DNA of 63,767 bases, counting the filler, from Octopus bimaculoides (taxonomy: Eukaryota), in the NCBI RefSeq assembly GCF_001194135.2. It is 10 parts of 9 records of this genome, joined end to end, with 100 filler letters (N's around TTAATTAATTAA, not from the genome) between each part and the next. Parts side by side here need not be neighbours in the genome. Positions count along the whole stretch, not along the records: positions 1 to 18,374 come from NC_069000.1; 9 more parts are not named here. One strand, 5' to 3'. Shown here in pieces: positions 1-16,189 of this stretch (within the stretch, counting starts at the first letter, position 1; every line of letters begins with the position of its first letter). The position numbers were made by a program, and so were the translations under genes. The notes below the pieces were generated by a model that was not told the origin of the DNA, ran no database searches, and worked only from the letters and a program-made list of their open reading frames with translations.

Positions 1-33
<33 letters not shown>

Positions 34-1564
34 GAGATATAACCACCTGTATATAATCTACTATCAACTATAGACAACTTCGTTTCTACCGAAAACTCGA
101 GTCGCCTCGCCACTTCTGCAAATGGCACATGCATTACTGCTCGGCCGCCGCCGGTGCTTCCTCCGTAATCTTCACTCGGAATATAACATTGATATAATAA
201 TGGAACGAGGACCCACCCGTATTGTCATCAATATTATCATCATTGTTTCTTACCAGAACAGCCGACATTCGTACAGTTAATTACTACTCTCATCATCACC
301 ACCATTGTTTCTATTATAACCATTACTATTGCTATAGTAACCATAATTACTACCAGCAACTAACATTACCACCAACATTGCTACTATCAATGCCACGAAG
401 TTTACTTACGTCTCCATCTACAATATTGTTAGCGCCATCACGAACACAAACATTGTCCAGCGTGCACCATCACTACTGCCAACAGCGGAGGCTCCCTTAT
501 TCCTGTCTTTGAAATCACTGAAAAAAATTAAGCTTTTCCTGCAAATACTTCTCACCTAGAAATCAATAAACACGATTGCTAGTTGCTTGGGCTCTCGAAG
601 TTCATCTGCTGTTTCTACTTCTCCTTTATGACATTCAACCCGACAAGTTAGCCACCGATCTCTTGTCCTGCATTTAAGACGTATATCTCAACTTGTCTCT
701 CAGGAATCACCACAAATCCGCAACTACTCCTGTCCCTCGCACGTCTACACCACCATTGTCTGTCCTGAATTAGCTGTTACTATCCTCATCTATCCATATA
801 CCGGATCAATTCATAAACTCTTCAAACACTCTTGATTTCTTTCTCATCTCCAAATCCAGTCTTCACTCAAACTTCGTCATTTCTGTTTTAAAGAGTTTTC
901 TTGCTCACGTATTAGTTAAAGGTATCACTCCTACCATTTTCTCATCATCTTCTGTACAGTTGCTTCTGGCGATACACACGCGTTAACCTTATACACGCTG
1001 ACAGCCTCGACTCTTTCTGCTACATATGCAATGCTTCCATGAATAGAGACCTCGAAAACATCTCGTGAATGTAACTCCATCGCAGTTTCAGCACTTCAGA
1101 GCCAGACTCACTAGACAAATGAAGGAAACTCTGCTGAAACCATCTCTCGCTACAAATGTTAGACATTTTCACAGTCCTCCATCTTTCATGGTGACACGAG
1201 ATATGTAACTTTATTAAAATTACATCACAAAAATCTAGGCTTCCTCTTTGGAGAAATTTAATAGCAATAATACTTCAGATCCGATAAGTTGCAGACCAAT
1301 GGCAAACTTAAATAAGACACACATTGAGATACTGCTCACATATTTAGAACTTTATTACACATACACACAAGTGTCCTACAACAAAGAATACCGTTGTTTG
1401 TAGGGATTCAAGACAACATGTTGACAAACAGGTTGTACTTCTTTATATAGGAAACAACAGATCCTGGTCACTGTAGCTATCCTTTGTATCTGTCAAGTTC
1501 CTGCTTTAGAGTGTTAATCGGCTGGCCTCTGTTCATATTTATTTCAGTTATTTACTTGCTTATA

Positions 1565-1905
1565 CGTAAGGTTTTGATTCCCAGACCGGGCGTTGTGAGT
1601 GTTTATTGAGCGAAGACACCTAAAGCTCCACGAAGCTCCGGCAGGGGATGGTGGCGAACCCTGCTGTACTCTTTCACCACAACTTTCTCTCGCTCTTACT
1701 TCCTGTTTCTGTTGTGACTGTAATTCAAAGGATCAGCCTTGTCACACTGTGTCACGCTGAATACCCCCCGAGAACTACGTTAAGGGTCCACGTGTCTGTG
1801 GAGTGCTCAGCCACTTGCACGTTAATTTCACGAGCAGGCTGTCCCGTTGATCAGATCAACTGGAACCCTCGACGTCGGTAGCGACGGAATGCCAACAACA
1901 ACAAA
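1565..1905 (+). mobile_element. tRNA-derived SINE (family B)
   Basis: B-box-like GGTTTTGATTCCC head. Body (CTAAAGCTCCACGA...GAGAACTACGTTAAGGG...ACTGGAACCCTCGACGTC) recurs at 17635-18022 (-), 22968-23110 and 31075-31445; CAA tail. Confidence 0.85.
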
Positions 1906-2134
1906 TAAGTAAGATGGTGTCTGACATTAACCTCTCAAGTCCTCATAACTATTTCGAATCAAGTAGTGTAGAACAGTGACCTGTGAGATTTCAAGTGTCT
2001 TATGTCCAGTGGCAGACAACAGTGTCTTAGCTATTAGATCTGTTGGATCTGTCATTCCCAATAAAATTATAATATCACGTCGTGATTTAACAGAGCTTTT
2101 TCTATCTTCATTCTATCAACAAGGTCCAACTCAA

Positions 2135-2439
2135 ATCAACCTTGAAAAGCACCAACATCGACCCCGCACACTGGGAGGATATCTCGGCAAACAGACCCCT
2201 CTGGAGACACACCATCAAAACGGGTTCAGCGGACTTCGAGAAAGCCCGAGTCGCAAGAGCTGAACTCAAGAGACGGGAGAGAAAGCAGCGCCTTCTCCTT
2301 CCCCAAACCAACCCCTTCTATCCCTTGTCCACAATGTCCCCGTATGTTTCATGCAGCCCTCGGATTGCGGAGCTATCTGCGGTTCAAACACCCAGGAAAA
2401 TGAACTGGATTGCAAGCTCGGAAACACGAGACGCAGCCA

Positions 2440-2505
<66 letters not shown>
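2135..2505 (+). mobile_element. 5'-truncated RTE (BovB-like) LINE 3' end with (TAC)n tail
   Basis: Translation IDPAHWEDISANRPLWRHTIKTGSADFEKARVARAELKRRERK resembles the RTE ORF C-terminus; a frameshifted CPQCPRMFH zinc-finger-like motif follows, then a (TAC)n tail. Confidence 0.75.
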
Positions 2506-4010
<1,505 letters not shown>

Positions 4011-4463
4011 CCATGGGTACCGCCACTTCATCTAGTCCCAGTACCTACAAAAAAAAGAAAAAAAAAAGATAGATAGATAGATAAGTTGGTGAAGAAAGTG
4101 AATTGGTGAGGGAAACGTCAGAGGGTTAAATGCAGGCAAATAGTTCCCCCCATTTATCTGTAAATGTAGGGGACACATGCTGAAGTGCCGAATGATTTTG
4201 TGTGGCGCCTTGATGGTCTAAATATAGGAAACACGTAATATGGTGTCTTTGAGAAAAATCGAGTTATAATGAGATGGAATGTCTAGATGAATGTAGTGAC
4301 TAACATGTAGTGTATAGTGACTAACATGGTGTGTATAATGACTAATAGGAACATGCTATAGAGAATGTAACCAACAGAGCAGCAAACTAATCCAACATGT
4401 ATTTACTTCTGACAAGTGGTTGTCAGAAATAACAAGGCGAGCGCCGTAAAATGAATTACGAGA

Positions 4464-4499
<36 letters not shown>

Positions 4500-4889
4500 A
4501 GAAAGAGGAGGGCGGAGATACAGGGGATGGAGGAAAAAGGGAGGATAAGGGCGGGAGATGGGGAGGGAGAGGGGGAGGGACGAAATGGAGAGGGAGGGAG
4601 GAAGAGATATACAGCAAGTGAGCGAGGAGCGACAGACAGTGAGAAATAGAGTGGGAGAGAAACTGACATAGAGAGAGAGAGGGGGGAGAGAGAGTGTAGA
4701 AAGGTATGCAAGAGAGAGAGAGAGAGAGAGAGAGAGGAATGGTGAGTGTGAGAAAAAGAGAGAGGAAATAAGCGTGGAGAATAAAAAAAAAGGGGTTTGA
4801 CAAAAACGAGCGAAAGGCAAACAATACAGAAATAGAAAAATAATGGGTGAAGGACCGGAATAGAGAGAAATGAAGCGACATTGATGTGT

Positions 4890-4934
<45 letters not shown>

Positions 4935-5544
4935 TATATATGTATATATGTATATATATGTCTATATATATGCGTATATATGTATGTATATATATATATA
5001 TATATATATATNNNNNNNNNNATATATATATATACATGCATAATACATACATACATACATACATCCTCACACGCATACATTCATGCATACAGGCAGACAG
5101 ACAGACAACCAGACAGACAGACAGACAGACAGATAGGTAGATAGATAAATATAGGTGCAGGCATGGGTGTGTGGTAAGTAGCTTGCTTCTCAACCACATG
5201 GTTCCAGGTTCAGGCCCGTTGCATAGCATATATATATACGTATATATGTATATATGCATGTATGTACACATAAATATATTTATAGATAGATATACATATA
5301 TGTCATATTTTCCTTCCCACAGGTTTAGTTTAAAGCGATGATATTTTTGTCTGTTTTGTGTAATTCATTTTAAAATACTCAGCTCTGTTCCAGGTTTTAA
5401 AACGCAGACTACGATACAGATCTAAAGTACTTAACTTCAAGTCCTTATCATGCACTCTGTGATAACTACTTATATGCCTCATTGCCTTTTTGTCCAGACG
5501 AAAACTGCCTTCTTTTTTTGGTGAACTGTATTACATATGCAATT

Positions 5545-5695
5545 CTATAATTTCTGAGATGAGGAATATATATTATGTACGCTATTCACCTCAGTCGGAC
5601 TAATATCCTCATCTTGACTGTTGCTTTTCCTGCGTTTCGGCTGTTGTACGCTCCAGCCTTCTTCAATCGAGTTCGACACAAGACACCCGAAGAAG
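5545..5695 (-). mobile_element. Retroelement 3' tail with hammerhead-like motif (relative of the 23.1-23.6 kb element)
   Basis: Minus strand reads TTGAAGA-A-GGCTG-gagcgtacaa-CAGCC-GAAACGC...AAGATGAGGATATTAGTCCG, similar to 23478-23550. Confidence 0.6.
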
Positions 5696-6011
5696 CATCA
5701 ATCAAAATGAAGACACCACCACCACCGTTTCGGCTACCGTAAATATCGTATTACATATTTCTGTTTGTTCGCAAGATTTCGTCTCACTTGCATGTTGCTG
5801 TCCTTCATATTTAAAGACTTTTCCTTTCAAATACCCATTACTATAGTGAGGTTTACTTTGTCTGGCGCATCCGGAGGTCTAGTACTGTGAGAGGAAGCCG
5901 TCAGAATAAAAAATGCACCGAAATGCATAGGGGTCACACAGCTGAGGAAACGTGTTCATGTCTAATGGTCCTTATCATCTCATTTTGATATACCACGCAC
6001 ACACACACATA

Positions 6012-6047
<36 letters not shown>

Positions 6048-6336
6048 TACACACACACACATATTTATATTCTTTTATTCTTTTATTTGTTTTAGTCATT
6101 TGACTGCAGCCATGCTGGAGCACCGCCTTTTAGTCGAACAAATCGACACCAGAACTTAGTTTGTAAGCCTAGTAAATATTCTATCATTCTCTTTTGCCGA
6201 GCCGGTAAGTTATGCCCAACTAAATCTGTGTTCTTTATAATTTGGATCGTAACAAAAATATATTCCAAATCCACAAGCTTCCATGTTTTCCTAGTGCAAC
6301 TAAACATTTAATTTATGCAAATAAAGAACTACAACA

Positions 6337-6394
<58 letters not shown>

Positions 6395-6409
6395 TCATCA
6401 TCATCATCA

Positions 6410-6468
<59 letters not shown>

Positions 6469-6803
6469 GTTCAGTAGTTTTATTTTTATAACGTGCTTTC
6501 ACTTCACTACCGAGCGCAGCTCTGTGTGCCTTGGGGATGTGCTGTGGTTTGCTGTGGTGCTCTTATGTTTACTGTATTGAAAGTGTTTTGCGTAGGATGT
6601 GTACAGTGCCCAGTAGTGCAATTTTCTGTATGTTATATATATTTGTAAGTCCTGGTGTTTTTGTTATGTATTTGTCTGAATATTTTTTTATTATACCTAA
6701 GGCACCTGATAGGAATTGTTTCTGTTTTTAGATTCCACATTCGAGTTATTTCTATTTCCAGGTCTTTGTATTTTGAAAGTTTTTCCATTTCATTTAGAGA
6801 AAC
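6469..6803 (-). mobile_element. Dong/R4-like (restriction-like endonuclease) LINE 3' fragment
   Basis: EMEKLSKYKDLEIEITRMWNLKTETIP, followed by a frameshifted QKIALLGT.HILRKTL-type C-terminus; (ATT)n on both sides. Confidence 0.85.
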
Positions 6804-6850
<47 letters not shown>

Positions 6851-6897
6851 GTAAAATGTGGGATGAAAATTTGGTGTTTAATTTTGTACTTTTTGTA

Positions 6898-7110
6898 AGG
6901 CAACGAGCTGGCAGAATCGATAGCATGCCAGGCAAAAATGCTTAGCGGCATTTCGTCCGTTTCTACGTTCTGAGTTCAAATTCCGCGAAGGCCGACTTTG
7001 CTTTTCATTCTTTCGGGGTCGATAAAATATGTACCAGTTGAATACTGGGATTGATGTAATCAACTTACTCCCTTCTCCGAAACTTCTGGCTTTGCGCCAA
7101 AATTTGAAAC
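6898..7110 (+). mobile_element. tRNA-derived SINE (family A)
   Basis: GAGCTGGCAGAA...GAGTTCAAATTCC...GACTTTGCTTTTCATTCTTTCGGGGTCGATAA. Further copies near 8280 (-), 28485, 28900, 29200 (-), 31935, 44718, 47445 and 60340-61005 (-). Confidence 0.9.
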
Positions 7111-7432
7111 CATTCTGTATTGTATTCAATAAAAAGTATTTTTCCACCAATCATCTATATTGATCTTCGATATATAAATCATAGAGTCGGGGTTCAAATC
7201 TAGTCCAAGATAAGTATTTCTTTTTATCTTTTACTTGCTTATGTCATTTTACTGCGGCCACTAGGGCACCGCCTTGAAAGGTTTTGTCGAACAAATCGAC
7301 CTTAGTACTTACTTTTAAGCATGCTTTTATTCTGTCGGTTACTTATACAAACCGCTAAGTTACGGGGATGTAAACAGACCAGAATCGGTTGTCAAGCTGT
7401 TATGGAGTTCAAACATAAACACAAAAACACAC

Positions 7433-7498
<66 letters not shown>

Positions 7499-10400
7499 GT
7501 GTATGTGTGCATATGTGTGTGTATGTGTGTGAGAGAGAGAGAGAGAGAGTGGGTGGGTGTATGTGTGTGTGTGTATGAATACATAACGACGTACTTTCGA
7601 TTTCCATACACCAAATCCACTCACATGACTTTGGTCGGTAGGGAGTTATAGTTTTAGTTTTATTTAAGCGCCCTTTTTCAAGCCTAGCCAGGCTCATGGG
7701 CCCGGTTTCCCGGTTTCTGTGGCGTATGTGTTCCCCCCTGCTGAACGGGACGCCAGTCCATCGCAGCATTACTCAAGAAACAGGAAGAAAGAGTTAGAGA
7801 AAGTTGTGGCGAAAGGGTATAACAGGGGTCACCAACACCCGCTGCCGGAACACTCACAACGCCAGATCTGGGAATCGAAACCGCGATCCTCCGACCGCGA
7901 ATCCGTTGCCCTAACCATTGGGCCATTGCGCCTCTACAGGGAGTTATAGTAGTGGTAAGAGATTCTCAAGGGAGCTGAACAACAGAAGGCCTTCAGAGAA
8001 GAAACAGCCCTCAGGAAAGTGTTTTGGCACTCTACCTACATTCTAAGGGGCCGGACCCTTAGAATGTAAAACATGACTCCTGGATTCCGTTCTTCTGACA
8101 TTTTTTAGTCGAAGACTTGTGCATTCAAATCACTTGGAGATTTCATCTAGTTGTAACTTCTCTCCATTGATTCAGCTTTCAAGCTTACGAGGTGCATTTC
8201 CAAAAGTATCCGACTTATTTTTTCCAGCCAAAACTAATGTCGCGTGAGAAAAATCCTTTGGGTGAGTGGTGAACTTTTCTAATATAGACAGAACGCCTGA
8301 AATTTGGCGGGAAGTAGTAGTCGTCTACATCGACTCCAGTACTTGAACCCGAAAGGACGAAAGGGGAAGTCAACCTCGACGGTTTTTGACTTGAAACCTA
8401 AAACCGGAAGAAAAGTCGCAAAGCGTTTTGTCCGGCATAATAACGATTCCGTCAGCTCATCGTCTTCAGGGTGATGACGATGATGATGATAATATTTATA
8501 ATATATCACAGATCGTTAGATTTATATGTGTGTGTGTGTGTGCATGTATATATGCGTGTATGTATACATATATATGTATATGCACATTATATAGACATAT
8601 ATACTTGCACAGACGCACACACAAACACACACACACATATACACATACACAGACATACACATACACACACAAACACACATACCCAAACACACACACATAC
8701 ACACTCACACACACATATACACACATACACACATACACAGACACACACATACACACACAAACACACATACCCAAAATCACACACATACACACTCACACAT
8801 ACACACTCACACAAACACACGGAAATACATATATATATGCAGTTACATATATATATGATATACGTGCGTATATACTTATATGTATATACTTCAAATATTA
8901 AGACGTTTACATGAATATATATTTCGAGCGTTTCTTGCGAAGTAGCAGGGCGTTTCATAAAAACAATTTTTTTCATCATACAAAAACATTGTTGTAGTTG
9001 TTGCTATTTTAAATCCTTTAAATTTATAACATGAAACGGTTGGAAATATTAGCAGAACTATTCCTTCATGGTCTAAGAATTGTGCACAACAAATAAAGAA
9101 GCCTACATGCTTAAATTGAGGGATAGAATATGAAAGAAGAAATGCCAATTTTTCCCACCCTACTTCATCGTTTCTAAGAAAAGTTTACGCATGCGTAGAT
9201 ATGTGCACAGGGCAAGAATTTTAAATGTCTTATATAACACTCGAGACTTTTTCCGTACAATCTCCCATCACTCGAATTTTTCGTCCTTTCATTTTCTCCC
9301 TCTCTCTTCTTCATTATCTTTCCCTATTGCCTCCTCTCTTCTGTTCTGTGATGTATACATACATACATACATACATACATGTATATATATATATATANNN
9401 NNNNNNNNNNNNNNNNNNNNNNNNNNNNNNNNNNNNNNNNNNNNNNNNNNNNNNNNNNNNNNNNNNNNNNNNNNNNNNNNNNNNNNNNNNNNNNNNNNNN
9501 NNNNNNNNNNNNNNNNNNNNNNNNNNNNNNNNNNNNNNNNNNNNNNNNNNNNNNNNNNNNNNNNNNNNNNNNNNNNNNNNNNNNNNNNNNNNNNNNNNNN
9601 NNNNNNNNNNNNNNNNNNNNNNNNNNNNNNNNNNNNNNNNNNNNNNNNNNNNNNNNNNNNNNNNNNNNNNNNNNNNNNNNNNNNNNNNNNNNNNNNNNNN
9701 NNNNNNNNNNNNNNNNNNNNNNNNNNNNNNNNNNNNNNNNNNNNNNNNNNNNNNNNNNNNNNNNNNNNNNNNNNNNNNNNNNNNNNNNNNNNNNNNNNNN
9801 NNNNNNNNNNNNNNNNNNNNNNNNNNNNNNNNNNNNNNNNNNNNNNNNNNNNNNNNNNNNNNNNNNNNNNNNNNNNNNNNNNNNNNNNNNNNNNNNNNNN
9901 NNNNNNNNNNNNNNNNNNNNNNNNNNNNNNNNNNNNNNNNNNNNNNNNNNNNNNNNNNNNNNNNNNNNNNNNNNNNNNNNNNNNNNNNNNNNNNNNNNNN
10001 NNNNNNNNNNNNNNNNNNNNNNNNNNNNNNNNNNNNNNNNNNNNNNNNNNNNNNNNNNNNNNNNNNNNNNNNNNNNNNNNNNNNNNNNNNNNNNNNNNNN
10101 NNNNNNNNNNNNNNNNNNNNNNNNNNNNNNNNNNNNNNNNNNNNNNNNNNNNNNNNNNNNNNNNNNNNNNNNNNNNNNNNNNNNNNNNNNNNNNNNNNNN
10201 NNNNNNNNNNNNNNNNNNNNNNNNNNNNNNNNNNNNNNNNNNNNNNNNNAGACAGATATGCATACATACGTGTGTACACGCGTCTGTGAGTTTCGTCTTG
10301 TTTATGAGTATATTAAAATAATGCTCTGATGTAAAGAATTTTGCTGAGCAAAGCGAAAAATATGCATTTATGTTTTACGTGTGTATGCACTGTATATAAT

Positions 10401-10906
10401 AAATATAATGCATGTATATATGCATGCATGTACGCAGTAGTATGTGTGTATATGCATATATATATATATATATATATACATCTTGTAGTTTTGTATAACA
10501 ACAGGAAATGCGTGAAAGTATTTATATATGAATGGGTGTATGGATACATACGATATATCGTATTGATATATGTACTAATGTTTATCTGTCTTTGTGTGCG
10601 TGTATTTGTGTGTTTGCGCATGCGTGTCTGCAAGTGTGTTTTTTGCGTCTGTTTTAGATATATTTTTGTATGTGCCAGGAAACGTCTATAAGTGTCTGTC
10701 TGTCTTTTGAAGTGCTGTTGGAGTGTGTGTGTGTGTACAGAAGAAGCAAAAGGAAATTAGATTACGGAATTTTAAAAAATTCATATTTTCATATCTATGA
10801 ATATTTGAATTGAGAAAATTAAGATACATGAAAGCAAACATAAACACATATACGTGTATTTAAATACACGTGTATGTATTATATGTACGTAGTATATTAA
10901 CACTTA

Positions 10907-10958
<52 letters not shown>

Positions 10959-11185
10959 TGGTTGCATGTGTTTTGAATATACATACATACATGGGTATGT
11001 ATGCCTAAATGTAAGCTTGCTATGATTATGCATATTTGTATGAAAACAAATGAAATATTAAAATGCTGGAGATGTAAAGGTGAAGATATTTCCAAACTAA
11101 AGATAATGTTTCATGCTATTCTTGCGTTTACACACTCAAACTCAACACAAACTCAAATAACATTATACACACACGCACGCACACT

Positions 11186-11216
<31 letters not shown>

Positions 11217-11484
11217 ACACACAAACACACACATGCAAACATTCATTGAGGCCTGTACAAAATAGAAAAACTTTTGTATACGTGTAGTATTATTGGAAAA
11301 TATATTTGTAGAATAGACATGATACATATTGCTAAAGATCATTACTATCTGCTATCTATCTGTCTGTATGTCTGTCTGCCTGCTTGGCTGTCTTCCTTCC
11401 TGCCTGTCTGCCTGTCTATCAATCTATCCATCAATCTATTTGTCTATATACATATGTATGTATTTACTATATATATAGGCATGT

Positions 11485-11703
11485 GTGCCACTACACATTC
11501 CTTATTTTCTCTCCTTGTTTCTTTCTTTATTTTCTCTCTTTACTCTCTTTCCTTGTTTCGTTTTGTATTCCTTTTTGTGGAAGAGCGTATGCTCGAAATG
11601 TTAAAGACTTTTTCACTTCCCGAGTGTTAAACTAATACATCTGTTTGTTGTCTACACCACCTGTCTTCGTCTTTTGTTCTTTTTGTTATGAATTCTCCCT
11701 ATA
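11485..11703 (+). mobile_element. Interspersed retroelement tail with GAAGAGC-GTAG-GCTCGAAAC stem motif, ending in (TA)n
   Basis: Closely similar copies at 47006-47165 (-) and 61615-61810 (+); the motif resembles Penelope-like 3' ends. Confidence 0.65.
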
Positions 11704-11823
11704 TNNNNNNNNNNNNNNNNNNNNNNNNNNNNNNNNNNNNNNNNNNNNNNNNNNNNNNNNNNNNNNNNNNNNNNNNNNNNNNNNNNNNNNNNNNNNNNNN
11801 NNNNNNNNNNNNNNNNNNNNNNN

Positions 11824-11854
<31 letters not shown>

Positions 11855-12900
11855 CCATATATCGCCATATATCGCCATATATATAATCCTGCAAATTTAT
11901 TATCTTCCGATAATTTTAAAATTCGATTACAAATGGAGGCTTTACTTGTTCTTGGACACAGACATCTTACCAACATCCACTACAAATCAACAAACAATGC
12001 TTACTAGGTAGATTCCACTAAGTGAACATTTAGACGTATGTGCAGCAAGCAAATCACCAAAATTCCTAAATTTCCCACTTTATCTTTGCTCTGACAAAAC
12101 CACAGATCAAATACGTATAAATGACCTATGTTTACGCGCCACAAATAAATAAACTATAAAACAGATATAATCACTATCAACTTCATCAAGACATTACACT
12201 ATTGTAATTCACACACAATCGCATAGACAACTATATACATGCATGCATACAGATATATAACATATTGACACACGTATACAAGCTAGGAACCTATTTCCTA
12301 CTCTTTTCTCTTTTTGAAACCTATTGTTCATATTGAAACAGTCTTGACATTTGGCGCAATTACTGTCCAAAACCAAGTGGCCTAATATGCGACCGCAATA
12401 CACAGCTGCTATTCATATTGCTTCATGTCACATTCACTGCAATAACACAACTTTAAATTTTGTTGCAATTATCGTTCATAGAGTCACATGACCCCGATAT
12501 ACAGACGTCACCGAGAACTAAGCAACTTCTATGCCAGACCTGGTGACCATCTTCAACCAGTCGAATGTGTCTTTACTTATTGCAATTTGAGCCATAGACT
12601 CTCCATAAATTGGGCAACATTTTCAACCTCTGATCAGAGGGGAGACAAATGCGGCTGTGATTTAGGTCCTTCTGTTTTACATCTCTTTTGTAATTGAAGA
12701 AGTCTTGACGCCGGTAAAGTAAATAAAAATAAATATTCTTAATAACTCCAGAAGTATTTTCGACTCATTTCTTTATACTCGCACAAGCGTGGAAAAACTT
12801 AGTTTCTCACACACGCTCGCATGTGTGTGTACGTATTCGTGTATGTCTATGTATGTGTGTGTGTGCGAATTATGTACATACATATATACACATATATATG

Positions 12901-12937
<37 letters not shown>

Positions 12938-13436
12938 GCATGCACGAGTACATGTACATGTATATATGTGTGTATATATGCGAGTTGTATATATATCTAA
13001 TATTTTATCTATGTATGTAAAAACATTTATATTTATGCTATATGTAATAAATAAACGTATGCTATCTCACCTAAAATCTAATATATTTATCCTTCTTACT
13101 TACAGAATTTGAAATTTTCCTGTTACTGATTCAACTATAACAGCACTATACTATCATTGGCAGCAACCCCCCCCCCCACACACATATGCCAGATATTACT
13201 GGTAGCGCGACTATTTTGCCCATTTATTTCGGCTAGAGATATTGCTTCCTTAGGGTGGGTATTTAAAACAACATTAACATTCATTTTGTACTTAATTGTA
13301 AACATATTTGTAAATGTTAACACCAAAAGTAATAAGCATGACAATTCTCAAAAGATGACGGAATATTTTTGTACAGATGAGATAGTGTTTAAAAAAGTCA
13401 TTTATTTGCACCTATCAATTTAAAATATGACGTAAC

Positions 13437-13570
13437 TATTATAAATATTCAAGAAATATATAAATATTATAAATATTCAAGAAATATATAAATATGAATA
13501 TTCAAGAAATATATAAATATTATAAATATTCAAGAAATATATAAATATTATAAATATTCAAGAAATATAT
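13437..13570. repeat. AT-rich minisatellite, ~28-nt unit (ATAAATATTCAAGAAATATATAAATATT), about 5 copies
   Basis: Direct reading. Confidence 0.9.
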
Positions 13571-14634
13571 AGTTAGATGTTAAAGTAAAAATTTTACTGT
13601 TGTTCATAGTAGGTATCATAAATATTAATTTTAGACAGAAAAGAAAAATGGGCACACTGATGGTACACGAAACACGCTCCATCTGCTAGAAATAACAGTC
13701 AAGTATATTGAAATCAGCCTACTTTCTTAAAATAAGTGAAAAGACCGGTTGAAGAATAGATTTTCTAGATGAATTACGGTGTGTGAAGAAAATCTTTACC
13801 TGGAAAAAAACGTTAGTCTATCATATTCATTTGCTCAGATTAGCATTTTCTTCTTCAAATGGTGAATGTACACTAAGTAGACTGGCCAGGCAACAGAATG
13901 TGGAATGTACAATCTACAATTATATTAGAGATACATTTGACTCAAAACGCTCGTAATTAGAAAGGCGTCTGGAAATAATGATTTGTAAAATATACACAAG
14001 TTTGAATCTTTTGACAAAAAAAAAAAAAGAAAAAAAAACAACAATTAAAAAAGCCCAGTTAATTTTATCGACTCAAAAGATGCTAAAATAATATTTAAAA
14101 AAATTCGTAATCTAAAAGAATTAAATATTGTAAGACACTGTCCGTTGTTCTATTGATTCTGCCAATCTACTGTTCTCATGTCTAGAAATATATATATATA
14201 TTAAGCATAAGAAGCAGTACAACAAATTTCCAGTAGCAACATAACTTTTAAATGCAATTAAAAAAATCATGAAGACAAAAGTTAAAATACTTCCGACGAA
14301 ATTTGTACGACATAAAAAATGTTACGGAAGAAACCATGACAACAAAAGCCAGTGCTTTTAGAAAAGTCCTAGGTACAAAAGACAATATGTTAATGAGGAA
14401 ATCATTAGTATAAAAAGTCAAAATGTTACAGAAGAAATCGCAAGAAAAAAAAAAGAAAAGAAAAAAAGATCAAAATATTACGGGAGAAATCACCTCTTGA
14501 CAACCTGTGCTAGTGAGTTTACGTCCCCGTAACATAGCGCTTCGGTAAAAGAGACCGATAGAGTAAGTACTGGGCTTAAAAGTTGTTAAGAATTGCAGTT
14601 AAATTAAGAATTGATTGCGTGTGATATGCAATAC

Positions 14635-14712
14635 AGACCTTGACACATAGACCTTGGCACACACAGACCTTGGCACACACAGACCTTGGCACACACAGAC
14701 CTTGGCACACAC
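14635..14712. repeat. 16-nt tandem repeat AGACCTTGGCACACAC, about 5 copies
   Basis: Direct reading; no spacers. Confidence 0.9.
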
Positions 14713-16156
14713 ATACGCATTATATATATTGTTGACGGCGTAGGTATTTACGAGCTTTCAGGAGAACATGCAATAATTCTTTTTGGTAGGTAGAGGAGGA
14801 GTGAGAGGGAACGGGGTCACGAAGTACATATATAGCATGTAAAATTTAGGTTAGAAATCCCTTTTGGATAGAAAAAGTCGAAGCAGCTTCGAGATCCAAT
14901 TCCCAAAAGATGTATGTATATATATATGTATGTATGCATGTATGTATGTATGTATGTATATATGTTTGTATGTATGTATGTATGTATGTATGTATGTGTG
15001 TGTTTGTGAGTGAGCATGTGCGTGTGTGTGCGCGCTTGTACCTCTGTCTATTTCTATCTATCTATATGTATGCATATGTATGAATGTAAATCCACACACA
15101 TGCATACATATATATATATATGTGTATCTGTGTGTGTGTGTGGTAGTGTGGTAGTGTGGTAGTGTGGTATATATGCTGACATACATAACACATACATATT
15201 CGTCGTTGGATGGCATATAGATATGTGTATTTCTCTGTGTTGATATCTTATTACATAGGATTTATTATTTCACTAGTTACAGTGAGGGACGTTATGAATA
15301 AAGAGGCAGCCAGAAAATAAATCACTCACTTTCGTAGCGTTTAAGATTCAGCTTTTCATATGAAAGTTAAATAAATAATGCCTCAATTTTTAGAAAAATT
15401 CTCATTTTTATTTATTTTCTCGCCTCTTCACTTCGAGTGTTGTTGTCTCTTTTCCCTCTCTTTCTCTATAATTCGCTTTTCGGGCACATTTCTTACGCCA
15501 CCTCGTTTCTTCGAATATTCTATCTTTAAATACACGTTATGTGCTAAAATAATGACGTATTGTGAATATTTTATCATTTTCGCTGACACTCTATGGATAT
15601 AACAAGCGAAAGAGAATGTTTTATGATGAATATATTTCCCAGCCGCCTCTATTTTTATCACAACTATATCTAGATAATCACATACTTCAAATTTAATAAC
15701 GACTATCGTTGTTGCTGTCTGTGCGACTGTTTTTGTAGCTATTGGTGCTGATATCATTTTTCTTCCTTCTCATAACACTTTCTGCTATATGCACAACGAT
15801 GGAAACTTTGTTGGCTACTACGTCCACTTCAGTACTCGAGTACTGTGGGAGGAATTTGAGCTCAGAAAGAAAAGTCAATAGAAAAGCTTGTAAGCATACA
15901 TAAGCACACAGTTTCACATTTAAAGAGAAAGTATAGTAGGTTAGATCAACGTTAGAACTTCAACATTCTATATGTGAAAGCAAATAAGCGCGATCAAGAA
16001 CAAAAGACAAACAGTGCTCAGCACTAGAAAGAAATATCATTTTATTGGAAGAAACTTTCACAAACCGTTATTTCCAGTTTCACGATTGCGATCTTCAGAC
16101 GAAAATGGAGTTAAGCAACGCATTTAAAGTCAACTAGAAACATCAAACAATATATA

Positions 16157-16189
<33 letters not shown>

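Noticed and set aside
9191-10329. Long ORFs made of X (also at 19, 21, 27, 41, 46, 50, 56, 57 and 59 kb)
   Set aside because: They are N runs translated without stops.
14635-14712. Short direct repeats superficially like a CRISPR array
   Set aside because: No unique spacers, eukaryotic context and no cas genes.
15428-15917. Non-repetitive ORFs, including a hydrophobic plus-strand stretch (IVVAVCATVFVAIGADII)
   Set aside because: Bounded by stops, with no convincing splice sites or recognisable motifs.
16060-16110. CTGAAGA...GAAA motif on the minus strand; a similar CTGAGAAGACC..GGTTGAAACG lies at ~44510
   Set aside because: Stems are broken or the core is incomplete; too degenerate to call a ribozyme.
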